64,000 nucleotides of DNA from the NCBI GenBank assembly GCA_964199315.1, contig OZ116709.1:5766001-5830000 (forward strand), read 5' to 3'. The translations under genes and the position numbers were made by a program. Numbering within the stretch: position 1 is the first letter of the stretch; the number at the start of each line of letters is the position of its first letter. Below are positions 58,762 through 64,000 of the stretch, piece by piece. The DNA is from Orbicella franksi (lineage: Eukaryota). The notes under the pieces were generated by a model that was not told the origin of the DNA, searched no databases, and saw only the letters and a list, made by a program, of their open reading frames with translations.

Positions 58762-58792
58762 AGCTTACAGATATAACAAGTGCGGCCTATAA
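1..58792 (+). CDS. Giant multi-exon gene (5'-truncated) encoding a highly cationic modular protein: 16 LamG/pentraxin-like + 14 VWA + 3 WSC-like domains, Pro/Arg linkers, poly-Arg tail, acidic spacer, terminal LamG
   Basis: About 72 exons traced by AG/GT sites. Every phase 1-1 exon has a length divisible by 3 and the spliced frame stays open for about 6,900 aa. Domain calls rest on motifs (VWA DxSxS/TDG; LamG SITxxAWI...WxxVxxTY...G..KLYVNG...F.G.I; WSC GCYxD...F.VQ.GGEC). The last exons are less certain. Confidence 0.85.
267..296 (+). CDS. Linker micro-exon (A)RPTPTRPPP
   Basis: cag|...ag|gtaag, 30 nt, phase 1-1. Confidence 0.8.
350..676. mobile_element. Truncated MITE-like interspersed repeat
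   Basis: Repeated gtaaatggtaag/cttaccatttg motifs, ending gtaaatggcaaacaacc; resembles a recalled coral MITE family. Confidence 0.4.
783..1424 (+). CDS. LamG-like domain exon L2
   Basis: tttcag| acceptor, |gtaagt donor, 642 nt; overlaps ORF 878..1432. Confidence 0.9.
1490..1720. repeat. Palindromic interspersed repeat, copy 1
   Basis: Shares ttttggcgcgaa..., tgtcaccc.cgatatta.aaggtaatcaaatgg with 15215..15505. Confidence 0.6.
2065..2341. mobile_element. MITE with 23-bp TIRs, TA-bounded
   Basis: tagagcggttttcatttgagtgt ... acactcaattgaaaaccgctcta (1 mismatch). Confidence 0.8.
2412..2477 (+). CDS. Linker micro-exon [21 protein letters not shown] (Thr/Pro, mucin-like)
   Basis: aag|...ag|gtaag, 66 nt. 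Confidence 0.8.
3200..3832 (+). CDS. LamG-like domain exon L3 (GC donor)
   Basis: taag| acceptor; ends CFRG at ag|gcgagt, 633 nt. Confidence 0.88.
3848..4050. repeat. Compound microsatellite (CAGT)n/(GTCT)n
   Basis: Seen directly. Confidence 0.85.
4293..4319 (+). CDS. Linker micro-exon GPPGPKET
   Basis: tgtag|...cag|gtaag, 27 nt. Confidence 0.75.
4473..5012 (+). CDS. VWA domain exon V1 (degenerate MIDAS)
   Basis: 540 nt; [12 protein letters not shown]...VLVLMTTG...FSVGIG. Confidence 0.88.
5089..5173 (+). repeat. Diverged tandem copy of the V1 exon end and donor site
   Basis: actctggtgaaaaagacgatctgtaaatcaggtttgcaacagtctt... matches 4982..5065. Confidence 0.85.
5618..5701 (+). CDS. Linker micro-exon [27 protein letters not shown]
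   Basis: ttttcag|...|gtaag, 84 nt. Confidence 0.85.
5749..6300. mobile_element. Two adjacent hairpin-rich interspersed repeats
   Basis: Perfect 17-bp stem 6061-6077/6091-6107 and 10-bp stem 6264-6273/6277-6286; the 5749-6030 part resembles a recalled coral repeat. Confidence 0.5.
6593..7207 (+). CDS. LamG-like domain exon L4 (divergent)
   Basis: tgcag|...ag|gtgaat, 615 nt; ORF 6607..7215. Confidence 0.9.
7312..7601 (+). mobile_element. tRNA-derived SINE with target-site duplication
   Basis: A-box gtggccgaatggttagg; anticodon-like stem ccgga-cttgaaa-tccgg; degraded B-box; SINE body and AT tail; TSD ttttaatcca at 7302-7311 and 7602-7611. Confidence 0.8.
7954..8034 (+). CDS. Linker micro-exon [26 protein letters not shown]
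   Basis: tgtag|...ag|gtgag, 81 nt. Confidence 0.85.
8421..9062 (+). CDS. LamG-like domain exon L5
   Basis: ttttag|...ag|gtaac, 642 nt. Confidence 0.9.
9362..9403 (+). CDS. Linker micro-exon [13 protein letters not shown]
   Basis: tttcag|...ag|gtgat, 42 nt. Confidence 0.8.
9640..10188 (+). CDS. VWA domain exon V2
   Basis: 549 nt; DASGS, MTDG. Confidence 0.92.
10648..10719 (+). CDS. Linker micro-exon [23 protein letters not shown]
   Basis: tttcag|...|gtaag, 72 nt. Confidence 0.85.
10811..11446 (+). CDS. LamG-like domain exon L6
   Basis: tttcag|...ag|gtatt, 636 nt. Confidence 0.9.
11833..11886 (+). CDS. Linker micro-exon [17 protein letters not shown]
   Basis: ttcag|...ag|gtatg, 54 nt. Confidence 0.85.
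12110..12203. mobile_element. Short foldback MITE
   Basis: gcagacgtatttccggctgtcgct ... agcgacagccgaaaatacgtctgc (24-bp IR, 1 mismatch); tagc...gcta ends. Confidence 0.7.
12593..13141 (+). CDS. VWA domain exon V3
   Basis: 549 nt; DGSGS, MTDG. Confidence 0.92.
13728..13763 (+). CDS. Linker micro-exon [11 protein letters not shown]
   Basis: ttaag|...|gtaagt, 36 nt. Confidence 0.8.
14433..15068 (+). CDS. LamG-like domain exon L7
   Basis: caaag|...ag|gtaaa, 636 nt. Confidence 0.9.
15215..15505. repeat. Palindromic interspersed repeat, copy 2
   Basis: Similar to 1490..1720; internal inverted repeat gttttgtcaa...ttgacaaaac. Confidence 0.6.
15730..15792 (+). CDS. Linker micro-exon [20 protein letters not shown]
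   Basis: tgtag|...|gtaagt, 63 nt. Confidence 0.85.
16220..16771 (+). CDS. VWA domain exon V4
   Basis: 552 nt; DASGS, LTDG. Confidence 0.92.
17214..17273 (+). CDS. Linker micro-exon [19 protein letters not shown]
   Basis: ccag|...ag|gtaaa, 60 nt. Confidence 0.82.
17296..17386. mobile_element. Internally deleted copy of the 2065..2341 MITE family
   Basis: tagagcggctttcaattgagtgtcg ... acacttaattgaaaacggctcta. Confidence 0.7.
17543..17825 (+). mobile_element. 5'-truncated SINE with Deu/Nin-domain-like core and (GACTAY)n tail
   Basis: aataaggactataaaccgt...gggacgttgtagaacccacacacttatcgaaaagagt...cccggtgttgtgg resembles the recalled Deu/Nin SINE core; simple-repeat 3' tail. Confidence 0.55.
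17852..18481 (+). CDS. LamG-like domain exon L8
   Basis: cgcag|...ag|gtcag, 630 nt. Confidence 0.9.
18960..19034 (+). CDS. Linker micro-exon [24 protein letters not shown]
   Basis: tttcag|...ag|gtaag, 75 nt. Confidence 0.85.
19481..20029 (+). CDS. VWA domain exon V5
   Basis: 549 nt; DGSGS, MTDG. Confidence 0.92.
20862..20903 (+). CDS. Linker micro-exon [13 protein letters not shown]
   Basis: cgcag|...ag|gtgtg, 42 nt. Confidence 0.82.
21073..21708 (+). CDS. LamG-like domain exon L9
   Basis: gacag|...ag|gtagg, 636 nt. Confidence 0.9.
22036..22110 (+). CDS. Linker micro-exon [24 protein letters not shown]
   Basis: tacag|...ag|gtatt, 75 nt. Confidence 0.85.
22488..23024 (+). CDS. VWA domain exon V6
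   Basis: 537 nt; DASGS, MTDG. Confidence 0.92.
23377..23412 (+). mobile_element. 5'-end fragment of the HINE-like element family seen at 33585
   Basis: atatatagatttagccaagcctaaaag.ggagctcc shared with 33585..33622. Confidence 0.6.
23504..23551 (+). CDS. Linker micro-exon [15 protein letters not shown]
   Basis: tttcag|...|gtaagt, 48 nt. Confidence 0.85.
23649..23935. repeat. Two-copy tandem duplication, period about 146 bp
   Basis: aatcagatacaaaacaaaa...gttgacttagtgcgac...ctaagaattttaa starts at 23649 and 23795. Confidence 0.85.
24436..25071 (+). CDS. LamG-like domain exon L10
   Basis: tttag|...ag|gtaat, 636 nt. Confidence 0.9.
25218..25274 (+). CDS. Linker micro-exon [18 protein letters not shown]
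   Basis: cgtag|...ag|gtaag, 57 nt. Confidence 0.85.
25290..25745. repeat. Pyrimidine-rich minisatellite based on CGTTCCTG/CCTCGTTG
   Basis: Seen directly; pure core 25465-25515; almost no A on the + strand. Confidence 0.85.
25940..26575 (+). CDS. LamG-like domain exon L11
   Basis: ttttag|...|gtaagt, 636 nt. Confidence 0.9.
26862..26963 (+). CDS. Linker exon [33 protein letters not shown]
   Basis: ttaag|...ag|gtgag, 102 nt. Confidence 0.85.
27956..28492 (+). CDS. VWA domain exon V7
   Basis: 537 nt; DGSGS, LTDG. Confidence 0.92.
28792..28827 (+). CDS. Linker micro-exon [11 protein letters not shown]
   Basis: caaag|...ag|gtatt, 36 nt. Confidence 0.72.
29097..29732 (+). CDS. LamG-like domain exon L12
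   Basis: ttaag|...ag|gtatg, 636 nt. Confidence 0.9.
30370..30681 (+). CDS. Pro linker + WSC-like domain exon W1
   Basis: 312 nt; [11 protein letters not shown]...CFLLA...[12 protein letters not shown]...RYG...C...GGPWANDVY. Confidence 0.85.
31013..31152. mobile_element. Internally deleted copy of the 2065..2341 MITE family
   Basis: tagagcggattttaactgagtgttg ... acactcaattgaaaactgctc. Confidence 0.65.
31378..31434 (+). CDS. Linker micro-exon [18 protein letters not shown]
   Basis: tgtag|...ag|gtgag, 57 nt. Confidence 0.85.
31548..32081 (+). CDS. VWA domain exon V8
   Basis: 534 nt; DSSGS, LTDG. Confidence 0.92.
32421..32447 (+). CDS. Linker micro-exon ITKRPTKP
   Basis: tttcag|...|gtaagt, 27 nt. 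Confidence 0.78.
32865..33497 (+). CDS. LamG-like domain exon L13
   Basis: tacag|...ag|gtaaa, 633 nt. Confidence 0.9.
33585..34277 (+). mobile_element. Non-autonomous Helentron/HINE-like element
   Basis: Subterminal IR aagcgaagctcc (33611-22) / ggtgctccactt (34235-46; 9/12 match), immediately followed by the perfect stem-loop ggcggccc-ttc-gggccgcc (34247-65). Confidence 0.6.
34278..36895. repeat. Intronic satellite, about 14 units of about 190 bp, A/B alternating
   Basis: atatggccgccatcttgaaacgaagt recurs at about 34279, 34431, 34621, 34811, 35001, 35190, 35512, 35728, 35922, 36112, 36290, 36480, 36669 and 36865. Confidence 0.9.
36950..36994 (+). CDS. Linker micro-exon [14 protein letters not shown]
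   Basis: tgtag|...ag|gtgagt, 45 nt. Confidence 0.85.
37325..37864 (+). CDS. VWA domain exon V9
   Basis: 540 nt; DGSGS, MTDG. Confidence 0.92.
38302..38622 (+). CDS. Pro linker + WSC-like domain exon W2
   Basis: 321 nt; [11 protein letters not shown]...CAAAA...[12 protein letters not shown]...GGPWAMDVY. Confidence 0.85.
39480..39770 (+). CDS. WSC-like domain exon W3
   Basis: 291 nt; [11 protein letters not shown]...[12 protein letters not shown]...GGPWANNVY. Confidence 0.85.
40563..40619 (+). CDS. Linker micro-exon [18 protein letters not shown]
   Basis: tttag|...ag|gttag, 57 nt. Confidence 0.85.
40800..41435 (+). CDS. LamG-like domain exon L14
   Basis: tctag|...ag|gtaag, 636 nt. Confidence 0.9.
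41895..41936 (+). CDS. Linker micro-exon [13 protein letters not shown]
   Basis: attag|...ag|gtatg, 42 nt. Confidence 0.85.
42153..42478 (+). CDS. VWA V10, first half
   Basis: 326 nt, phase 1-0; DGSGS; ends AAG|gtaat. Confidence 0.9.
42955..43174 (+). CDS. VWA V10, second half
   Basis: 220 nt, phase 0-1; ALLVMTDG...ICR. Confidence 0.9.
43733..43783 (+). CDS. Linker micro-exon [16 protein letters not shown]
   Basis: tttag|...ag|gtaag, 51 nt. Confidence 0.85.
44091..44726 (+). CDS. LamG-like domain exon L15
   Basis: gctag|...ag|gtgagt, 636 nt. Confidence 0.9.
44976..45017 (+). CDS. Linker micro-exon [13 protein letters not shown]
   Basis: aacag|...ag|gtatg, 42 nt. Confidence 0.85.
45132..45457 (+). 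CDS. VWA V11, first half
   Basis: 326 nt, phase 1-0. Confidence 0.9.
45968..46187 (+). CDS. VWA V11, second half
   Basis: 220 nt, phase 0-1. Confidence 0.9.
46524..46574 (+). CDS. Linker micro-exon [16 protein letters not shown]
   Basis: tttag|...|gtaagt, 51 nt. Confidence 0.85.
46858..47493 (+). CDS. LamG-like domain exon L16
   Basis: gctag|...ag|gtaag, 636 nt. Confidence 0.9.
47693..47734 (+). CDS. Linker micro-exon [13 protein letters not shown]
   Basis: aacag|...ag|gtatg, 42 nt. Confidence 0.85.
47877..48202 (+). CDS. VWA V12, first half
   Basis: 326 nt, phase 1-0. Confidence 0.9.
48320..48539 (+). CDS. VWA V12, second half
   Basis: 220 nt, phase 0-1. Confidence 0.9.
48883..48942 (+). 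CDS. Linker micro-exon [19 protein letters not shown]
   Basis: ttcag|...ag|gtttg, 60 nt; paralog of 51064..51123. Confidence 0.82.
49228..49553 (+). CDS. VWA V13, first half
   Basis: 326 nt, phase 1-0. Confidence 0.9.
50106..50325 (+). CDS. VWA V13, second half
   Basis: 220 nt, phase 0-1. Confidence 0.9.
50529..50870. mobile_element. PIF/Harbinger-like MITE (left end eroded)
   Basis: cgccggagaaatttgaaa ... ttttcaaactcctcccgcgtagtgtggacggagcctta; internal gtccacactactccggagaaat repeat. Confidence 0.6.
51064..51123 (+). CDS. Linker micro-exon [19 protein letters not shown]
   Basis: ttcag|...ag|gtaag, 60 nt. Confidence 0.85.
51159..52250. mobile_element. Older MITE-like host element split by a nested insertion
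   Basis: ggggtgttttccatttgtatggaaaaactgg ... degenerate inverted end; sequence reads through across the insertion TA (gaggta|tttcc). Confidence 0.45.
51264..51992. mobile_element. Tc1/mariner-type MITE, perfect 27-bp TIRs, TA TSD
   Basis: ta-cagtaatagcccacgtataagaacctg ... caggttcttatacgtgggctattactg-ta; internal tataagaacct repeats. Confidence 0.9.
53592..53917 (+). CDS. VWA V14, first half
   Basis: 326 nt, phase 1-0. Confidence 0.9.
54516..54735 (+). CDS. VWA V14, second half
   Basis: 220 nt, phase 0-1; donor ag|gtatc. Confidence 0.88.
55511..55754. mobile_element. MITE with 38-bp TIRs (2 mismatches), PIF/Harbinger-like
   Basis: aagccctgttcaaacgggaaatgtttggcgaccaaaca ... tgtttggtcgccaaacatttcctgtttggacagggctt. 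Confidence 0.8.
55836..55955 (+). CDS. Protamine-like poly-Arg exon (A)[39 protein letters not shown]
   Basis: ttttgtag| acceptor, c|gtacgt donor, 120 nt, phase 1-1. Absent from the supplied ORF track. Confidence 0.7.
56643..56810 (+). CDS. Exon (P)[55 protein letters not shown]: dibasic site + acidic spacer
   Basis: ctctttgcag|...ag|gttag, 168 nt, phase 1-1, open frame. Confidence 0.72.
57106..57294 (+). CDS. N-terminal part of the divergent terminal LamG-like domain
   Basis: ctacag|...|gtgagt, 189 nt; PSYLWRF...LEGGASI...[13 protein letters not shown]. Confidence 0.75.
57957..58424 (+). CDS. C-terminal part of the divergent terminal LamG-like domain
   Basis: cctcag|...ag|gtctg, 468 nt; [16 protein letters not shown]...WFNLAFTW...LKLFVNG...[16 protein letters not shown]. 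Confidence 0.85.
58718..58761. repeat. (GTT)n microsatellite
   Basis: Seen directly; similar tracts at about 6425-6458 and 26616-26644. Confidence 0.9.
58764..58792 (+). CDS. Probable terminal coding exon (A)YRYNKCGL* (alternative acceptor at 58771 gives DITSAAYK*)
   Basis: Two AGs 7 nt apart after a (GTT)n tract; both give a short phase-1 tail and a stop. Confidence 0.4.
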
Positions 58793-60304
58793 ATAGCTCA
58801 TGGCAAATATATTTGTAAGCTCCTTTCTGACTTTGTGGTTATTTCTCGGGGACGATGTAGAGAATATTGACGAGAATTATGATGCAAGGTTAGGGGTGGC
58901 TTTAAGTTATAAGGCAGCTAAGCCTTCTACGAATGTGGAAAATGAAATGAAAATGGTTTTTTTGAATGTTTCAGCGATGTATATGCAGTTAAGCCGTCAC
59001 AGTGAACCACTGAAGAAGAACAATGAAATTTAAGGTAATACATTATTTCATTATTTGTACTATATTGAATACATTACTCGCGCTCTGATCATGAATACTG
59101 AATACACAGACGAAAAAACGGTCCTGACGTTACTCCACTTTTGCCTTAAAGTTTAAAAAAAAAAACCTGCCGTTTCTTGGGCCAGTGAACGCGTGCATCT
59201 ACGCAATTCTCGCGTCTCGTTGACGAATATCGCGTATTTTCTGCCATCACTTAGAATAGACGACAGCGGACAAACCATGGCATACTGAATTTTAATGTTG
59301 TGTTTATTTAAGAGAACTTTCCTTAAACAGCTACCCTATAGACTGAAAACGGCCTTGTTAACAACGGACATGGCTAGGCGAAAACCAGAAGGGTTGAACA
59401 ACGTTCCCGCTGCTATATTTTTTTGTGTCGTGTTTTGCCTCTTGATTGTCAATTGTCTGAAGTTGTGGTTATTATTTTGCAGATGTGACATTACTATAGC
59501 AACGCGTGAAGGTTCAAGAGATGCTCTGAGGCAACGCTGTTTTCTTAGAGTCAGCAAAATTTGCTGAGTAGTGCATGTGTTATTAGGCTGTGTTGTTTGT
59601 GCATTTATTATTGTGCCACTTGAACAAATAAATTTATTACCGTGAATTAGTTTCTCGTCTCCTTCTTTGGAGAGTGTTGACGAAACGGATGATATATCCG
59701 TGGAGCATATACGCGAACTCACAGTGAGAGCACGGGGGAAAATAGAACGATGTTGTTGTTACATGTACGAAGGTGAAAGCGCGGGTTGGTTATCGCGCAG
59801 GGACCAGGGTCATCCCAACTGCATGGGTGTTGCCTATAGTTTGATTTTAGACAGCATGGTTAAGACAAGGTTAAGGTTTAGGATAAACGTAGAAAGACGG
59901 AACGCACAAGGAACACGGAATAACGCAGTAGAAACACACGCGGGAAAGAAAAGAACGAAAGAAACGCGGGAAAAGCACTAGGAATCTCGAGAATGCCATG
60001 GGAAAAGTACAGCAGAATGTAAGGGGATGGGAACTCCTTCCCCGCCTCCAAAAAAAGCGTCAGTAGTCAGCTCAGACTCAATTTTGAGAATGATGCTAGG
60101 GCGAAGGAGTATTTTAAAATAAACTTCAGCGTTACATGTACAGTGAGGGTTACTAAAAACCGAGGGGCTTCAGCGGAACATGCTAGGGAACGCACGGATC
60201 CCATAGTGAAAGAACCAGGGACGCAGAAATGGAACGCCATTCACAGGTAAATGCATGGGATACCTAAGGGAACTCATAGGGAATATAATATACGGGGAGC
60301 GTAC

Positions 60305-60776
60305 TACCGTAAACTTCCGAGAGTAACGATCCGCATTACTTTCGGAATTAGCAAGCTTTGGAACCCGCCACTTTCGGGGGGGTCACCACGTTACTTTAGG
60401 GAAGCAAAAAACGTTATATAAAGTTGGTGCGACTTAGCTCTTTTGATGAAACAAACTTGAAAGAAAGAAATTCTTAAAAAAAAAAAATCTTAAAACATGG
60501 CCTGTCCCGTTCCTTCTACTGGTTTTGTTTTTAAACGGCGCAACATGAACAGTTGAAGCAACTTTTCACGCTTCGTGGCATAAGCGATACCTTCCCTTAT
60601 TGTACCGTACGTAACTTTCACTTGGCTATTGCATGGCTGGAAAAATTAATATCCTTTGAACCTTGGTCTCTCGATTTTCGGGGGTGGGATTAGGGTGGGT
60701 TGGCTACTTTCGGGGGCCTCGTTACTTTCGGGGGCTCGTTACTCTCGGGGGTGCTTACTTTGGGAAGTTTACGGTA
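60305..60776. mobile_element. TA-flanked MITE with subterminal ttactttcgggg repeats
   Basis: taccgtaaacttcc ... ggaagtttacggta perfect 14-bp IR. Confidence 0.75.
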
Positions 60777-61677
60777 GCATAGTAAGAAAGCGCGCGAAAG
60801 AACGTCCGGGGTAACGGAGGGATAAGTGCATGAAGAATCCACAGAAGACTTAGGAAGGAGAACACCTGGTCCACGGGCGCGGGTTGGGTGCCACCACAGT
60901 GTTGAATGTAAGCCAAGATTGGGTGGTGGTCAAAGTTGGTTGTCGTACAACCTCAGATGTCGTTACTTGTAGAGGTGAGGCCGTAAAGTCATTGTTAGAG
61001 TTAAAACTAAGGGTTAGGGAGGAAACGAGGGAACGGGTAACGTAGAGACTGCACCAAGAAAGCACGAAGGAACTAATGAGGGGAAGCGCTAGACAATTGT
61101 GAGAGGAGAACGAAATGGAACGCAAGAGGGTAAACTATTGGATTGTTACTCAATTAAGGGAACACATACTTATGTACTCAACCAGTCTAAGGCCTGGGTC
61201 AGGAATTTAAAGTAGAATTATTGTTGAGCAGCTATATCTCTTGTTAAGGTGAAATTTTCACTGATTATATAAAACTCGGCGTCCTCCCTTGCCTTAACAT
61301 ATCATTTTGATCACGTGACGTAACGTGATCATTTTGTTAAAAATTGATAAATCGGAGAATTGTTGGCGAATGTTCCTTCTATTCATCAAATTTAAATTAT
61401 CTACCTTGCTACGTTTGAAATGACCTTCCTTGATTTCGTTTTTAGAAGATATAAATGATCAAAAGTCGAATTTTGTTGAAAAAACGACCTTTGACTCTAT
61501 AAAATTTTTGTGCGAAAAGAGGGACGGTCATTCCAAATGTGAGAGGATGGAAATAATTGACCTGCATGTAAAACGCGTTTTTGTTTGATGATATGACTAA
61601 AATCCAGCAATTCCTCAAATAAAGGATATTTTCCGTTAAACGTCACGTGACATGTCACGTGACCTGTCAGAAGCACC

Positions 61678-61833
61678 AATGGGCCATTTCCGAGTTGTCT
61701 TTTGCCTCTGTGTCAAAACGAGTCTGCGATCGTGTGAAACCATTCATATGAAAATGAGTTCCGCCTGCAGGTTCATTTTCATGAGAATCAAACCTAGTTT
61801 TGCACGAAGAAGGTAACTCGGAAACGGTCTATT
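61678..61833. mobile_element. Short MITE
   Basis: aatgggccatttccgagtt ... taactcggaaacggtctatt inverted ends; related fragment at about 2578-2660. Confidence 0.55.
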
Positions 61834-61847
61834 CTGCTTTAAAATGT

Positions 61848-62083
61848 CCAGGGGCCCGTTTCTTGAAAGCCCCGGAAACTTTTCGGGCCCGTAAAGCCAT
61901 TTTTAGTTCATCTGTATCTAAAATCGGAGAAGTGTATACGCCTGAAACTTCTTGTATGAAGGGAACCTCTGTTCATGTTAAGAATATGTGAATAAAACAG
62001 CTCTGTAATCGTAAGGTTCGAGATTCTGCTATGGCTTTCCGGGCCCGAAAAGTTTCCGGAGCTTTCGAGAAACGGGCCCCTGG
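61848..62083. mobile_element. MITE with about 43-bp TIRs
   Basis: ccaggggcccgtttcttgaaagccccggaaacttttcgggccc ... gggcccgaaaagtttccggagctttcgagaaacgggcccctgg. Confidence 0.8.
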
Positions 62084-64000
62084 ACGTTAAAACGTAATTG
62101 TGTGCTGAATTTGGTTCCATTGCCATTTATGCCTTCAGAAACATAACTAATGAATTATTTTTACCAGTGAAAGCCTTTGACCCAGACCTAAAACTACTTG
62201 AGTTGGAAATACATGGGAAACGCGTGACGGAAAGTAAGAGAAAATCTACGGAGAAAGAGAGCGGGGGAACGCAGCGAGAACTGACGGGGACAAACGGGGA
62301 AGAAGGGGAAAGGGGCGAGACAACAGACGCACGAGCAAACGTACGGCGAAAAAGTTGAAAATGTCTAAAGAAAGGGGAACTTGGTAACCGTATGGTAGAA
62401 TCAACAGGAAACGCAATTTTTATACGGAATTCGAGATTTTTCCTATCAAAAACACTTCGCACAAGTTTTGTTTGGGGGCCAGTGTGAATGGTCCCCTCAG
62501 TGTGGAGCTTCTAAAGGAGCCGCGAGGGTAAAGGAGAAATATCCCACAATTCCTATCGATCGTTCAACTTGAGAATTTTTGTGTGTGCGAAGCTCACATT
62601 AAGTTGGCAGCAAAAGTTTATCTGTTTACCAGAATCACGTGATCGAAAGGAATTCTACCAATCCTATAGATTCGAAGATTGGGTGTTAGTTGGCTTGTGC
62701 GAGTGGATTTTCTGCCTCCTTCGTGTTGGCCGTTTCGCTGTTGTGTACCATTTATTGGTTGTAAGATACTTCATTTTTTTTTTTTATTTTCCCAGCTTTC
62801 AGTTATCTAGGTAGGTTTCTCTAAAGGTCTTTTACAACTGAACATATTTCTCGTCAAAAAAAGGCGCAACACTGTGACAACGGTACAGAGTGACGAAATA
62901 GCGGCGCTAACGGACTCACGTGAGCAGACTACCTATTGTCTAAACACGCTAGCAGCGTTGCAGGCGTAAACGGGGAAGGGGTAGGAATAGGGAGGCAAAA
63001 AAAGCAAAACGCGAGAAAGAAAGAGAACAGCACCCTGTCCCGATAAAGACGCCCGTTTCCAATAAGCATCGCAGTTTAATTTCCTCAACCCGTAAAATTC
63101 AAACAAGCAAAAAGGACGCTACGCACGCACAAGTACGCAGTGCTGACCTATTTTTTTCCACGTGCTGGCGTCGAACGAAAGAGAAAGAACGTGAGACTAT
63201 GTTTTTCAACTTCTTGGTTAGTAAATAAGCTTTTTTATCCCATTTTTCGAAGACTTTATTAGCATATGCAAGGCATATTGTAATTTGGTGACTCTTTCTC
63301 AATTCTAGGTCACAGAAAAAGAACGGAAATTAGGAATGTATCGGAAAGCCGAGGTCGAAGCCGCCATATTGTTTATAAGCTTACATTAAGCTTAAGGTGG
63401 GTTGTCTTCTAATTATTTGATGGGCAAAGATTCTAAGTTTGATCGAACAGTTAGCCGCGATCAGGTAATTTGAATTTTGCATATTTTGGCAGCGAAATGG
63501 CAGCAAATTTACAGTAAAACCCAGTTGTAACAAGTAGTTTTCATATTGTCTTCATGAATCTTGGATATGCATATACCTCACTATTTGGAAACTATCCGTC
63601 AAATTTAAGGTAATTCCTCTGAAATTGAAGTGACAATAGATTTTTGTTCAAACTTTGTCCACTGAATATTTGTCATATGATTAAAACGGGGGGTGCCCAT
63701 GCTCATTAAGGAGCAGTGAGGCATTGAAAATGCTCCATTTTGGCATTTAATTTAATGCTTATTATAAGAACGCATTCCCAGTAATTGTAAAATCTTTGTG
63801 AGCCCAGACTCATAAGAACACGCATTAAACTACAGTCAATACATTGTGTTGGACACAAATAAACATTCTAAGTTTGATTCAGACAGAAAGCTAAATCCTT
63901 GATTAAAAATTTGAATTAAATTTCTGAAATAAAATGCCCAAAGCAAGGTGGTTTCCCATTAAACTTCTAAGATCCCGACCTTTTTACATTGCAGGATTGC

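Noticed and set aside
1-58792. Assigning a known gene name (matrilin, collagen VI, pentraxin, polydom)
   Set aside because: There are no EGF, collagen triple-helix, coiled-coil or CCP modules, and the architecture matches none of these.
59295-63302. Short ORFs downstream of the gene
   Set aside because: No recognisable domain or consistent exon structure; they overlap MITEs and purine-rich low-complexity DNA.

Overview
Eukaryotic (animal) genomic DNA. It is most likely a cnidarian such as a scleractinian coral; this is inferred from recalled SINE/MITE families and domain style, not from a database search. About 58.8 kb of the 64 kb is a single + strand gene whose 5' end, start codon and any signal peptide lie upstream of the window. 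By hand-tracing AG/GT splice sites I reconstruct about 72 coding exons (about 20.8 kb, about 6,900 aa) with no frameshift or internal stop. They comprise 16 LamG/pentraxin-like (concanavalin-A fold) domains, 14 VWA domains and 3 WSC-like domains, joined by 29 Pro/Arg-rich linker micro-exons. The protein ends with a protamine-like poly-Arg exon, a PWGKKR|D motif, an acidic spacer and a divergent, sequon-rich LamG domain. All introns are phase 1 except one phase-0 intron present only in the last five VWA copies. The domains are extremely cationic (hand counts about 45 K/R versus 8 D/E per domain). The introns carry tRNA-derived SINEs, several MITE families (one nested), a Helentron/HINE-like element and a dimeric 190-bp satellite. 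The last 5 kb is repeat-rich and appears non-coding. The protein's function (adhesive, matrix or antimicrobial) is a hypothesis. Coordinates and counts are manual.
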